DNA of 64,000 bases, taken from contig OX597817.1 of the NCBI GenBank assembly GCA_951406725.2, positions 2,418,001 to 2,482,000 on the forward strand. The letters run 5' to 3'. Position numbers and translations under genes: made by a program. Each line of letters starts with the position of its first letter. Position 1 is the stretch's first letter. The notes beneath the pieces are model-generated. The model saw only the letters and a program-made list of their open reading frames with translations. It did no database searches and was not told the origin of the DNA. Below are positions 26,562 through 39,095 of this stretch, piece after piece. This DNA is from Octopus vulgaris (Eukaryota).

Positions 26562-26654
26562 CCTTTCCTGATGAAGGGGACGTTGTCTGTATGGTTTGTA
26601 AGATTTATTAATTTTTCTACCAGGACATAAACTCTAGAAACGGCCGATGAAAGG
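26562..26654 (+). ncRNA. type I hammerhead with long stem II, cleavage site mutated
   Basis: CCUUUC-CUGAUGA-(62 nt)-GAAA-CGGCC-GAU-GAAAGG: 6-bp stem I, CGGCCG palindrome, U16.1 changed to A. Confidence 0.6.
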
Positions 26655-26853
26655 GAACCTCCTTGAACTCTATTATATACCTTATATATAATTTATATTT
26701 AAAAAAAAAACACACCACATTCTATGGGTCTTTTAATCGAACCTCTTAACCGCTCTTAATTTCAGTACAAAAGAATTTTTTTAGTCCTCTTTTTATCATT
26801 CCTCTTTTTCTCCTACTTCCTTCCATACGTATCCCACATGGGTTTTATGTATG

Positions 26854-26884
<31 letters not shown>

Positions 26885-27008
26885 GCTAGATATAGACGTC
26901 AAAATCGCCATATTCCACGAAGAATGTGTTCTCAAGAAAAACTCAGCAAAAAACCAAAGTGTAAAAATAAGCAAGACAAATGAAAGTATACGAAATAAAA
27001 ACGATTAC

Positions 27009-27059
27009 CTATGTACTAATTAGTTTCACTTGTTAATATTTGCAAGCTCATCAGCATAG
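27009..27059 (-). ncRNA. type I hammerhead ribozyme, intact core
   Basis: CUAUG-CUGAUGA-GCUUG-CAAAUAUUAA-CAAGU-GAAA-CUAAUUA-GUA-CAUAG; stem III is the palindrome ACUAAUUAGU. Confidence 0.85.
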
Positions 27060-27412
27060 TCTGTCGTTTACAAAACACAATTTCCAGAACTAGACACAGA
27101 ACGCTCAACCGAAATTCAGAATGTATAAATTTCTACAAATTATATCTGTGTGTAGGCCACTGATTTTAATTGATTAATATAAATTTCTACCCTTATTTAA
27201 TTGAAAAAAAAAAAATGTTCTCTAACCGGTATATTAACTGCCGTAGTTTATTAACTGCAGAGTAATTTCCGATCTCAGTGAAGGCATTTGATCTCAAAGT
27301 GAAGGCATTTGAAAGATACTATTTGAAAGATATTATTGTAGAACTTCATTCATACTGAATTTCGGTTGAGCGTTCTGTGTCTAGTTCTGGAAATTGGGTT
27401 GTAAACGACAGA

Positions 27413-27483
27413 CTATACTGATGATCAGGTGTTTGCGTATCCATATACGTAAATATTAACAAATGAAACTAATTAGTACATAG
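27413..27483 (+). ncRNA. type I hammerhead, inverted sister copy with longer stem II
   Basis: CUAUA-CUGAUGA-ucagGUGUUUGCGUAU-ccau-AUACGUAAAUAUuaacaaau-GAAA-CUAAUUA-GUA-CAUAG. Confidence 0.7.
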
Positions 27484-27989
27484 GTAATCGTTTTTATTTC
27501 GTATATTTTCATTTGTCTTGCTTATTTTTACACTTTGGTCTTTTTTTGCTGAGCTTTTTCTTGAGAACACATTCTTCGTGGAAAATGGCGATTTTGACGT
27601 CTATATCTAGCATATAAGCTGTCCACTTTTAGTGGTCAGTTTTCTAAATTTTGTATGTAAAAAAATTTTAATCTTCGGATTTAAAAAAAATATGCTAGGC
27701 CACTGGTTTTAATTGATAAAAATCAATTTCTACCCTTATTTAATTTTCTATATATATATATAAATATATATATATATTTTATGAATATTTAAAAAATTAT
27801 TCATATGTGTTGATATGTATTAATATATGTTTACGCATTTTAAGTCGAATTTATAAATGTATGAGTATGATTGTCTAATTGGAGTTTATATCTTAATTCG
27901 AATCTTTTGTTCGACTAGAGGACTTTTTAGCAGTTCTATATATTTTGTAAGAAAGAACGGTCAATTACAAAACAGATAGATGGCATGAC

Positions 27990-28420
27990 AGGCCTTCACT
28001 ATTAGGGTCGACTAGAAAAGCTCAAGCTTTACTCTCCCCAACGCCGCTGCGAGCTCTACATCATCTGCAGGATGTGGAAAATATTCCATCAGTATTGCCT
28101 TGGTATCACCTTTAAGATACACCCAAGACTTAGATCCCGTGCTATCCGCCCACAACATAAATCATACTCCCAACTCATAGCAACATTACAGCACAATTAT
28201 TTCACCCCAATCGACCCCGCACTCTTTAACATTACACTAAAACACATTAAAGCTGAAACAGACTCCATAAAGTTCAAGTCTTTGGTCAAATTCCTTCAAA
28301 AATTCCCGGATAAACCTCGTACACCCGGATATGTCTCCGTAAACAATAACCCTCTCCTCGAGTGGGCCATGTTGTCCGATTCCAGATGGTGCAGTTAAGT
28401 TAGACATGGCTTGGGCCAAT
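27990..28420 (+). mobile_element. CR1-group LINE 3' fragment
   Basis: RLEKLKLYSPQRRCELYIICRMWKIF...HPRL...ALFNITLKHIK...FK..KFLQKFPDKPRTPGY...NNPLLEW. Confidence 0.75.
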
Positions 28421-28448
28421 ACTGGCCGAAACCTATCAAAGTATCAAA

Positions 28449-28491
<43 letters not shown>

Positions 28492-29215
28492 ATATTTATA
28501 CATGGATGTTGCATATGTGTGTGTGTGAGCAGAAAGAATTATTTTATCTTTTGAGAATTTGTCTTTTCGTATATGGATTATCTGCCTTTAATTTCGAACA
28601 GTGCAACCGCTTATATGTTTGCAATAAATTCCTACAGGTTTTCCTTGTCTACTCCGTTTCCCTCACACATTCCATCTGATATCTGTAACATATATACGCG
28701 CGTGCTTGTGTGTGTGCGGTATGTGTGTGTGCGGTATGTGTGTGTGCGTGTGTATTGCGTGTGTATGGTTGTAATTCTTATGTGTAATACATACATTTTA
28801 GACTTTGCTCATTTGCTCATCAAAATATTACTCCCTGAACACAAGACTATCTGCTGTCAGGAAACAAATCCTAAAAGTTAAAATTTATCGATAGTTGAGT
28901 CAGTATTGCCATCGAGTTAATGAAACCGCGTAGTCCCAGTGTTTATTAATAGATGACAATACAATCACTACGGTGACCCAACTACTGGTTATCAGTAAAT
29001 ATGTCCTTGATTGTCTTCTAAAATAGGTTAGTATTTATTTATCTCAGTGACATACATAGATAAAGGATAAAACCTGAAAATTGGCGTTGTCCGAATGAAT
29101 ATATTGGCAATATTTATTTTACATCTTGTTACTATCACTCTTCTGTCACTCACACCATGAGCAAAACAGTGAACCAATGTATAGCCAATTGTATTTCGAA
29201 GCTGCAATTTGTATA

Positions 29216-29415
29216 CGAGGGGTTGCTGAAAAGTTCCTGGCTTTAAGAGTATCAGGAAAGGCCTGGCTGGAGGCCCAAACTTCCGAGTTCTTTTATAAGA
29301 CTTAGAAAAACTGAAAGACCGCTGTAATAAGTATGTGAATCTGAGAGGGAGATATGATGTATTAAATTATAATTAACTGATCCTCCTATATCTTCTTTTA
29401 GCCAGCTGGAAACGA
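29216..29415 (+). mobile_element. mariner-derived MITE
   Basis: TA|CGAGGGGTTGCTGAAAAGTTCCTGGC TIR; internal remnant of the mariner C-terminus (LEKLKDRCNKYVNLRG); second copy at 54376. Confidence 0.75.
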
Positions 29416-29861
29416 CGCACCAAATATCAAATGTTGTATTGAAAGTTACAATTTCAATACAAATACATAAAAGCAGATATGCCGTTGCCATGTATGTTCG
29501 CCCGTTTCCTCGAAATTCTACCGCAACTGTTGCGGTTTCTTGCAAGCTTTTATGCAACACAAGAGTTTTTTACTTTCCAGTTCCCATTTGTTTCTCTTTA
29601 TATTTTCTTTTCTGCTGTTGTGTTCTTATTTTGTTACATTGGTTTTACACATCTCAGTATAATATAACATGAATTATTTTATATTTAAGAAAATTATCTT
29701 TTTGTGTGTGGATTATCCGCCCTTATTTTTGAACTATAGAATTGCTTATGTTTACAATACGTCCCTATAGGTTTTTCCTTTTCTACCGACTTTCCCCCAC
29801 ACATTTGATTTGATATATGTAACATATATATGTGCGTGCGTGAGAGGGAGAGAGAAAGAAA

Positions 29862-29912
<51 letters not shown>

Positions 29913-29914
<2 letters not shown>

Positions 29915-30190
29915 TAAGTGACACTGGTGTAAAATATACGAGGTCCAGTATACCTATCATGACTAACCGTCTGATAAGGGTACACTAGGCACATGCATCA
30001 CAACCTTATATCAAGATAAACAGCACATGACCTTGCAGGTGGAACCCAGTTAGAATTTTCTTCAGGTTGAGTAGCCCATCCCTCTCAAAAGGACCCTGAA
30101 TAAGGGTTGTTTAAAGGTATTGAACGAAACACCCATGTTTCCAGAGTTGAATTATGCAAACCGCAATGAATTCCTCCCAAAAGATGGCTA
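29913..30190 (-). mobile_element. 3' UTR of the R4/Dong-like LINE with (TAA)n tail
   Basis: Reverse complement of 24763-24850 (gtctgataagggtacac..ggcacatgcatcacaacc), adjacent to (TTA)n. Confidence 0.65.
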
Positions 30191-33100
30191 TGAAGCTATG
30201 ATTTAGGGTGCTTTTAAGTAATTTTTGTAAGTATTGGAGCTGCTCTATTAATGTTTACTTTCTTCATAATTTCGGAAGTTCAACATACTTTTAAGCAGTC
30301 AAAGCAGGCAAAGCCATTTCTTTGTTTACTTCTTTTCTTTGTCTTCTATAATCACTCTTTTATAAAGTTAGTCACTGATAGAAACTCTTTACAACCATAA
30401 ATCTCTTTCTGGCACACTTTCTGTTCATCCTGTTAATATGCTATTTCACTCCAACTGAGTAACTACTCGTGCAGGATATAAAGCGATAATTTGTTTGGTC
30501 GGGTGTTTCTGGTATTTTTATTTTTGAAAATTAATGATTTTCCCACCTCCAGAAAGCAATTAATGAGATTTTGGCTACGATACCGTAGTGGTGAAGCGCT
30601 GAATATATTCTTACAGGTTAATATTTTACTGTGTTGGTTGTTTATCATGTGCTGTGGAATTTGTGTTATGTGGGTGGTGTTATATTATTTGGTGACAATT
30701 ATATACCATATGATTTATGTGACTTATTGCTGGTGTGTTGAATATCTAAAGTACAATCCGTCGATTATGCCCAGGATGTATTATGTTATTTTGTTGCGTA
30801 GAGTGGATTGTATTTGGCAGTGATTCTCTGTAATATTCTCTTCTTCCCTACTTCTTTTTAATATTCTTATGTCTCAGTATATGGATCGGCACCTTAAAAA
30901 ATTTCAGTTGGTATTGGAAGAGCGCGGTGAGGTAGCATTGGAGTTTCCTCTTCAGTGTGCAGAACTCTTGTCCATGCAATATGCTACCCGATGATGCCCA
31001 AGGGAAAGGCAATGTCCGACAGAGCTGACGACTGTGTCTTTGCAGGCTATGCATGATCTGAATCGAAAAACAACTTTGAACCGTCTTATGAAGTCCAGCT
31101 CCTGATTGGTAATTAATTAAAGAAGGACTACTACTTGATTGGAATTGATACCACGCAAAGATGAGAGGCAACGTTGACTTCTGTGAGATCTGAACTCAGA
31201 ATGTATAAAACTAGAAAAAATACCGTTAAGTATTTTCTCTCAAGCTTTCATGACTCTTTCATCAGTCGCCTCAATATATAAAGAAAACATTATTATAAAA
31301 AGATTACTAAAAGATAAAATAAATCTTTATTGATATAACGCGATGCAATTTTCAAAAGAATTAAGATGAATTACCTTTATTAAAAATGAATGAAATAAAT
31401 CTAAAAGAAAATAATGGTCGAAGCAGATTTTAGATCATAAACTGCAGATAAAAATGAATAATCGTTTCACCTGTGCGTGTTGCAGCATATTTTAAAGTAT
31501 GCTGGAAATATGACAGATCACTCTAAATTAGAATGATAAAACAAAAATCTTTACTCACCACGATGATTATTTAAGACATAAAACACAACCACTGCCTTCG
31601 TATGTATAACAAATAAAATGCTATGAGCCAATAAGAAAACGTTGTTCTAAGTATTCACGCTGTCTGCTAAAATTAGAATCATAGAGAGAATATGTCAACA
31701 AGGGACACTTGCACACTCATTCTACCAATAATGAATTCCAGCTAATTCTTTTTCAAATGATATACTAGAGTTTTGAAGTAGAAACGGCTCATTGGATTGC
31801 GTGATCTTGTATGCATTGTGTCTGAAAGTAGAAATGGCTATGGAACTCCTTTAACGGATGTTAAGTTCAGGCAAGTCTGATTTTGGGTTAAATAACACCA
31901 GAATAAAAGTAAAACTTATCGATCACCTTTAACCCAGGACGTATTCTAAGAAAGGTGTTTCCATCCCACCTACTAGAAAAAAGAAGACAAATTCCCTTCA
32001 AAACAAATTTTGTTGTTGATATTTTTATTTTGTTGGTTACAAATTTCGCTATTTGAGTCACTTTTAAAAATGATTTGTCGTTTCGATTCTGGTCGGAATC
32101 TTCGTCATGTTTCGTTCGCGAACATTTTGTTTACATTCGTGTTAACGTATTTATTATATCTATAAATATATTCCGTTGTTCATTACCAGCAATCCCGCTT
32201 GCTATTAGTTCCCTCAAGTATGTAATAAGGAACTTTAACTTCAGTTTTTAGTCATTTCAAAACCATTCAGATTCAAATCATAAACTGTATAAATATGCAA
32301 CTAAACTCCAACTCCCCAAAATTACCGGCCTTGAGTCAACATTTGAAACTATTATTATTACTATTATCTTCACACAATTTTTTACCAGCTTTATAAGAAT
32401 GGTTCGGAAGGTAACGTACAGAGCAGAAATGAACTTTTGTTGAATAATAACCGATTTCGAATGTTACTCGTCAGCTTCCACATTGCTTTATATTCTACCC
32501 TTAGTCTGCAGGAAATGTTTATGTTCAGTTCAATAGACTATAATTAATTTCTGTATGTGTGTGGTTAGGTACAAAGTACTTTATGCAATGCACATTTATA
32601 CAAGGTCAAGGAGTCCGCAACGGATCAAAACCGAAATAGCATACTGGTCAGAGACTGCAGCAGTAACAGTTTTTGCTTAGAATACAGGATAATAACGAAC
32701 AGGAATACTGATAACAAGCCAGTAATTTAATGTTCAATCTATCCGTAAGAAATTAATTAAATATGCAAATTGCTCTATTCAATTTACCTTCACTCCTAAC
32801 AATAGTGGGTTTATAAGCAATGTGTTCGTGAAAACAATGGTTGCACAGTCACACAGTAGATTATAGTAATGAGTATATGTATGTATTGTTTTCTTTATTT
32901 ATGTACCTCTTCGTGTCTCGTACATTAGGTTTGTTTTATAAATCGTAAAATCTAATTTCACAGAGCAATTTCATTTTTAATATATTTAAATTAGAAATAA
33001 ACATGTTTACACACGGGGCTAACTTAATTTTATTATCCAGAAAATATTCCTTTGATAATATCACTTCAATTAAAATCACGCTTTTTTCTCAAATCTAATA

Positions 33101-33251
33101 TAAGTTTTTGAAATATGTTTCAAATGAAATAACAGTGACGCCAATACAACTGTGGATTTTGCTCTGATATATTAAATTTATATATTTGCTTATCTTATTG
33201 CATTTAGTTGTTTTAAAGTTGTAATAGCTATTTGGTGAATGTACATAACTG

Positions 33252-33311
<60 letters not shown>

Positions 33312-33412
33312 ATATATTTAGGGTACTTAATTGTGCTCATAACCTTGAGTTCGCTTCTTCCATGGGTATAAGTAGGTATTTCACTTATTTTCTTTTGCCC
33401 TCACTTATAAAT

Positions 33413-33481
<69 letters not shown>

Positions 33482-33487
<6 letters not shown>

Positions 33488-33709
33488 AGGGTACAATATA
33501 TACCGGTTTGCTAGAAGGATGAGTTAGAACTCTCCAAATCCACGCATTTCTCAGACTCTCCACTTTGTAGTTTTACAAATGGGGACGACTGTTTTTTTAG
33601 TATATTTGCTACTTTCTCCATGCGTGTTTACATTTAGTGAAAGATGCGTGGCTTTGGATTCTTTTAACTCTTCTTTCTAGCAAGAAGGTGCATTTTGTAC
33701 CCTGACTTT
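33482..33709. repeat. TA-flanked inverted repeat, ~70 bp arms
   Basis: aaagtcagggtacaa...ttgctagaagga.gagtta...tccaaa.ccacgcat versus atgcgtgg.tttgga...taactc...tctagcaa...ttgtaccctgacttt. Confidence 0.85.
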
Positions 33710-33898
33710 TCCTATGCTGTTATGTTTACTGGCCACTTTATCATTATTTTTTGAAAGATGATGATAACTTATTTGAATTTTTGTACATATATATATATAT
33801 ATATAGGTAACCCAAACAGGAAAACACTAAGAGAAAACACAACAACGCGAGGACGTAGAACAAGTATCGTATTATTGGAAGCTCAAGAAATAAGGAGG

Positions 33899-33933
33899 GT
33901 TTAACGTTTCAAGCGGAGCTCTTCGTCAGAAAC
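33899..33933 (-). ncRNA. minimal hammerhead in a TA-flanked repeat (33805-33965)
   Basis: GUUU-CUGACGA-A-GAGC-UCC-GCUU-GAAAC-GUU-AAAC; loopless AACGUU stem III. Confidence 0.6.
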
Positions 33934-34002
33934 ATAGGAAAAGGAAAGATCCAAAGAAGGGAAGTCTGCATGTATACACGAACGCATGTATGCATGTATA
34001 TA

Positions 34003-34041
<39 letters not shown>

Positions 34042-34310
34042 CGCCATATAGCGTTTCACCTATCGCACATCATTACATCGCGATTTTTCTGGCTAATACA
34101 TATAAATTTATATCGCGGACTCCTCAGTATATCGCGGCCAATATATATATATATATGCTAATAATCCAAGGATGTAAGTTAAGTTGACTTACAGAAATGC
34201 ACGTGTAAAGCTTGATAGCTTTGTTGTATTTGTGTATCCAATTTTAGATACACAACTATAACTAACTTTACATAGAATTGTTTCGTTATTTCATTAATGA
34301 TCGAGCGATA

Positions 34311-34523
34311 AGGCGACAGGCTGGCTGGCAGAAACGTTAGCACGCCGGGCGAAATGCTTAACGGGATTTCGTCTGCCTTTACGTTCTTAGTTCAAATTCC
34401 GCCGAGGTCGAATTGCATTTCATCCTTACGGGTCGATAAATTAAGTACCAGTTGCGTATATATTCGATGTAATTGACTGGTCCCCTTCCCAAACATTGCA
34501 GGCCTTGTGCCTAGAGTAAAAAT
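34311..34523 (+). mobile_element. family A SINE with 18 bp TSD
   Basis: TSD attaatgatcgag(c/a)gata at 34293-34310 and 34524-34541. Confidence 0.9.
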
Positions 34524-35086
34524 ATTAATGATCGAGAGATATTTTTCGTATATTTAGTCTGTTTCCTGTACTCTTTACTTGGAATTTCATTTGATATTCC
34601 TACATAATGTAGAACATGTGGTAATTGTATACAAAATTATTGATGAAGATCTAAACTAAATGCACAAAATTTCTACAAAACATTTTCTGCTTTTTTTATC
34701 ATGATTTGTGCCAAGCCTTGTTAAATATTATTAATGTATAGATTAGTGTTTAATCTCATAGAACATCTCTGTAAGCTCCGTTATATGTCTTCGTTAAATA
34801 TTTTATCGAATGTTTGGAAGTTTATCCTGTCTGGTTCTTTCATCTGATCTGCTTGTATAATTATTTTCTGTTAAATGATTGCGGGGGATTGTTTGCTGTT
34901 TTGAACTGTCTTCTCCGTAGTGATTACGTCTCTATCCATACTTCTCTCAAGAATTCTCTCACTTACTATCAATATCTTGGTTATTCTTCGAGAATCGTTG
35001 TTGAAGAAGTGTTTGATCTTGGATACATTTTGTTATATTTGTGTATCCAACAAACTCTACTTAGTATTAATTAGTTACTTCATTAA

Positions 35087-37534
35087 CCTTCATGTCTACC
35101 AATGGGTCCAATGGACTAATTTCACTTTTTTCAGTTGGTTTTTCCTACTGTTTATTTGATTCTGCTGATCTCTTCTGTGTCTTATTTTTTCTTGGATCTC
35201 TTTTATTTGTCAAATGGGAAATTTTCCGTGTGTTTATAAAAGCTAGAAAATTTCCCTTTATACATTAATTACCTTTATTCATTAATCCATTGGACCCTTG
35301 AATTAAAGTCAAACAATACTCTTGTCATTCTAAACAGCATGAAATCACTATCAAATATTATTTTCCTAGATATTTATCAGATATAAAATAGATAAAATTG
35401 TTTTCTATATATTTGCTGAATTTTAAATAAAATAGGAAAATTTAAGAAAATGTTCCTGTAAATTTGTGTGGCATTGCAACACCTTCAATCTGCTAGGTTA
35501 TAGGGTGATGCAATATTTCTATGCGATGACGCAATCCTTACAATATATTGCATCATCTTTCAGGAGAGTATAAATATGTGAGAGAGCAATATCTGCCTTT
35601 TGTCTGCTGTCAAGTTTCCTATAGTTCAGTTGTGCTTTCCAATATGCCTAGACGTGAAAACTTGCGTGAAGACCAAATATCGAAAAGGTTATTGGAATTA
35701 GATGAAGAATGGGAAGAAGATAGTAGTGATTCCTTCTATTGCTCTGAAGATGATGGTGAAAGTGATTGTGTGCTAGGCAGTTTAGGTTCTTTGTCATCAG
35801 ATGATGAAGATACTCAAAAACAATTATCTGCAAGCCACCCAATTATGAATGAGCAATATGTTTCTAGAGACAGACAAGAAGTTTGGCATTCTAATCCTTT
35901 TACCCAAGCAGTAGTAAGAACTTCATCTTGCAATATTGTGCACCCAGAATGTGGACCATCCGGTTTTGCTAAAAGGTCTTGTGATAGCATTGAAACAGGT
36001 TTTACTATCTTTATGCACCAGAATCTTTTTGAAGTAATTCGTAAATGGACAAATGTTGAATGTCAGGTTGTTTACAAAGACAAATGGAAGGAAATTGATC
36101 ACTCTGAACTAAAGAGATTTATTGGACTCATTATTCTTATAGGTGCTTATAAATCTAAACATGAAAATGTCACATTATTATGGAGTCAAGAAGATGGCCG
36201 CCCAATATTTAACAAAATTATGAGCCAGGGAAGATTTCAACAGATGTTACAAATATTGCGTTTTGATGATGTTAGTTCAAGAAGAAAAAAAAAGAGAAGT
36301 GATGATCAATTGGAATCCATAAGGGAAGTATTTAAAATTTGGAATCAGAATTTGCAAGATGGATATGTTCCAAGTTCATGCGTGCCCATTCCGAGTATAT
36401 ATTCCTTCAAAACCAGGGAAATATGGAATTAAAATTTGGGTGATATACATCTTATGCCTAGAAAATGCAAATTTACACTGGAAGAGACCCTGTGAAAGAG
36501 AGAGAGAGACAAATCAAAATTCAAGATTTGTTGAAGACGTTGCAAAGAAACATGAAAATATTGGTCGCAATATAATTTGTGATAATTTTTTACAAGTCTA
36601 GGATTGGCTCGAAAGCTTTTTAGCAAGAAAACTACTTTAGTTGGAACAATTAGAAAGTACAAAGTTGAAATTCCAAGTGCTTTCCCAAATGGAAAACAAA
36701 GGGAAATCAACAGCACAATATTTGGTTTTCAAAAGGATTCTATGATTCTGTCTTATTGACCTAAGAAAAATTATATTGTCATACATAATGCACTCTCAGT
36801 ACAATGATTACAATGCACTCTCAGCCTTCAATTGTTTAAAAATGTGCTGAAAAGAAACATGTTACAAAACAAAAGGAGGACCAAATACCCTAGATAAGAT
36901 GGTAAGGACATACACTTGCAAAAGAATGGCTCGAAGATGGCCTATAGTTATATTCTACAACATGATTGATATAAGTGCAGTGAATGCTTTCATTGTTGCT
37001 AAACAGCTTCACTTGCAAATTTTCAAGGATAAAAGAAGACAGTACCTAATTCAGTTAGGAAAGGAATTTGCTGGAGTTAATGCTAAACAAGAACATGACA
37101 AACAGTCTTCTAGTTCCGCTAACATTTCTCAACCAAACAAGAAAAGAAGACGATCTTGAACCTCATTTGAGATTCCTCAGCCAAAGAAAAAAGGAAGATG
37201 TTCTTTGTGTGACCCAAAAAAGACAGGAAAATTCGTACTACATGTAGGAATTGTAATATCTATGTTTGCCAAGAACATTCCAATGTTATCTGCATTCACT
37301 GCCATGAAGATTTGTAATTCTGTATTTGTGTAATTGTTTCAATTTATAATATATTCTGTAAGCTGCATTTTTAAAATCAAAATTTGTGAGAAACAGTAAT
37401 TCTTCATTCACCTGATAGCATATATGATGTAGCTAGGAAATAGCGGTAGTTTGAATGAAATTTGATAAAAAAATATTGAGCCATTGGACCCAGTTGGTAA
37501 TTAGTGACATACATTTTCTCTGGTAGACCAAGGG
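35087..37534 (+). mobile_element. piggyBac DNA transposon (PGBD4-like), full-length but inactivated
   Basis: TTAA|CCTTCATGTCTACCA ... TGGTAGACCAAGGG|TTAA, subterminal IR gggtccaatgg/ccattggaccc. Frameshifted transposase: ELKRFIGLIILIG, MSQGRFQQMLQILRFDD, PFRVYIPSKPGKYGIKIW, IICDNF, RRWPIVIFYNMIDISAVNAF, C-terminal Cys-rich domain. Confidence 0.92.
35644..37320 (+). pseudogene. piggyBac transposase pseudogene
   Basis: ORF pieces 35548-36432, 36359-36601 and 36899-37159, with deletions and stops. Confidence 0.88.
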
Positions 37535-37619
37535 TTAATGATCAAGAGATATATCTCGTATATTCAGCCTGTTTCCTGTATTCTTTACTTGGGATTTAAT
37601 TTTGGTATTCCTATATGAT

Positions 37620-38400
37620 GTAGAACATATCGCAATTGTACACAAAATAATTCATGGAGATCTGAACATGCGCAAAATTTGTGAAAATTTGTTTCCAGTG
37701 TACACATTGACGAACAGAAGAAAAGACGCGTTGGCGATGGCGGGGAGATGGTTAAGCTCATTACCTAGTTTCTGGTACACTGTGACGAAAGCTTGTATAC
37801 TTCTGGTATACTGTGACGAAAGACAGAGCGCCCAATGTAAGTATCCTGGCTCCCCACACTCAAGAAGACCAGGCAAAGCGAGTCACCAAAAAGTTCATGA
37901 TTTATTTCGGCAGCAAGAGCATCATCTACATCTACAGGGTTCTCTCTGACCGGACGGTCAACAAAGAGTACTTGGGGATGTTTGAAGGGTGTTCAGAAAG
38001 AGATTTATTCGCAAAAGTCCAAAGAACTTCCACTTGGGTCGGTGAAATTTGCACCAGGACAATGCATCAGTGTACAATTCAATCCTGAAAACTGATAGAG
38101 ACGGGTATCATAACTGACTCTCGCCCTCTCTACAGTTCACGCTTTGGGCCATGTGACTTTCGTTGTACCCCAAATGAGGGAGAACCCCAGGAGGAGTCGC
38201 TTTAAAGATGAAGGAAGGTGTGAAAAAGGTTTAAGATACCTTCACTTTGGAGGATTCCATTGCCTTCACCATTAGTAGAGCGTTACAAGTGCATTGAAAT
38301 CAAAGTATGCTACTCTGAAAGAAATTAGAGTTCTTTTTTCTTTCAAATTAATAAATGTCTCCTGAACAAGTCTCAAAACTTCTGGAATGCACCATTTATA
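37620..38400 (+). mobile_element. mariner transposase remnant
   Basis: VHKIIHGDLNMRKIC; RQSAQCKYPGSP; KFMIYFGSKSII..RTVNKEY; HQDNA; YSSRFGPCDF (cf. YSPDLAPCDF); TIR-like tctcaaaacttctggaatgcacc near 38371. Confidence 0.8.
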
Positions 38401-38482
38401 AATATATTTCATGACCTCGTGTGTACCGTTGGCGATTTTTTTTTCCTCTGTCTTCCCTTCTCTGTATCTTTCCTTCTCCTAT

Positions 38483-38517
38483 GTTTCCGACGAAGAGCTC
38501 TGCTCGAAACGTTAAAC
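38483..38517 (+). ncRNA. minimal hammerhead, same family as 33.9 kb (U4 mutated)
   Basis: GUUU-CCGACGA-A-GAGC-UCU-GCUC-GAAAC-GUU-AAAC within repeat 38420-38608, followed by (TA)n. Confidence 0.55.
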
Positions 38518-38603
38518 CCTCCTTCTTTCCTGAGCGTCCAATAATACTATATATGTTCCACGTCCTAGCGTTGTTGCGTTTTTTTGTGTTTTCTTGTTTG
38601 GAG

Positions 38604-38644
<41 letters not shown>

Positions 38645-39095
38645 TCAATATATTCTGCGAAATATTTTGCCACCCTATATTGACTAATTATGAATTTTCT
38701 GTTTAATTCCGTAATGGAATCGGCAGATTATATTTGCTGCCGATAAATTTGGCGCGAGTGCGATGATTTGAAAATTTTAGGTCAGATATTGCCGAGACAG
38801 TAGTGGAACTGCCTCGTGAAAATATCTGCCCCGATCTGGCTGACTTTACTAATGAATCTACTGGCCTATGGAGGATTAGCTTGATTTAATTTAATCAGGT
38901 TGATTTACCATTAAAGAATAGACGAAACGATGCATCGTATAAAGTATTACAGGGTAAATGTTTTTTAAATTTTCTCCTGGTTTACGGAATTAATATTGTT
39001 TTGCGGTTGAAGCCTTGGCTGTTATTTCTAGTGGGTTGAATGGCCTATTATGGCCGTTCCTTAATTTTGCTGTTGCTATATATATATATATATAC

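Larger units (their letters stand above)
26881..27745. mobile_element. (TA)n-flanked cassette with ~240 bp inverted arms and a 50 bp direct repeat
   Basis: 26881-27120 is the reverse complement of 27356-27615; 27153-27202 is repeated at 27696-27745; one hammerhead in each arm. Confidence 0.8.
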
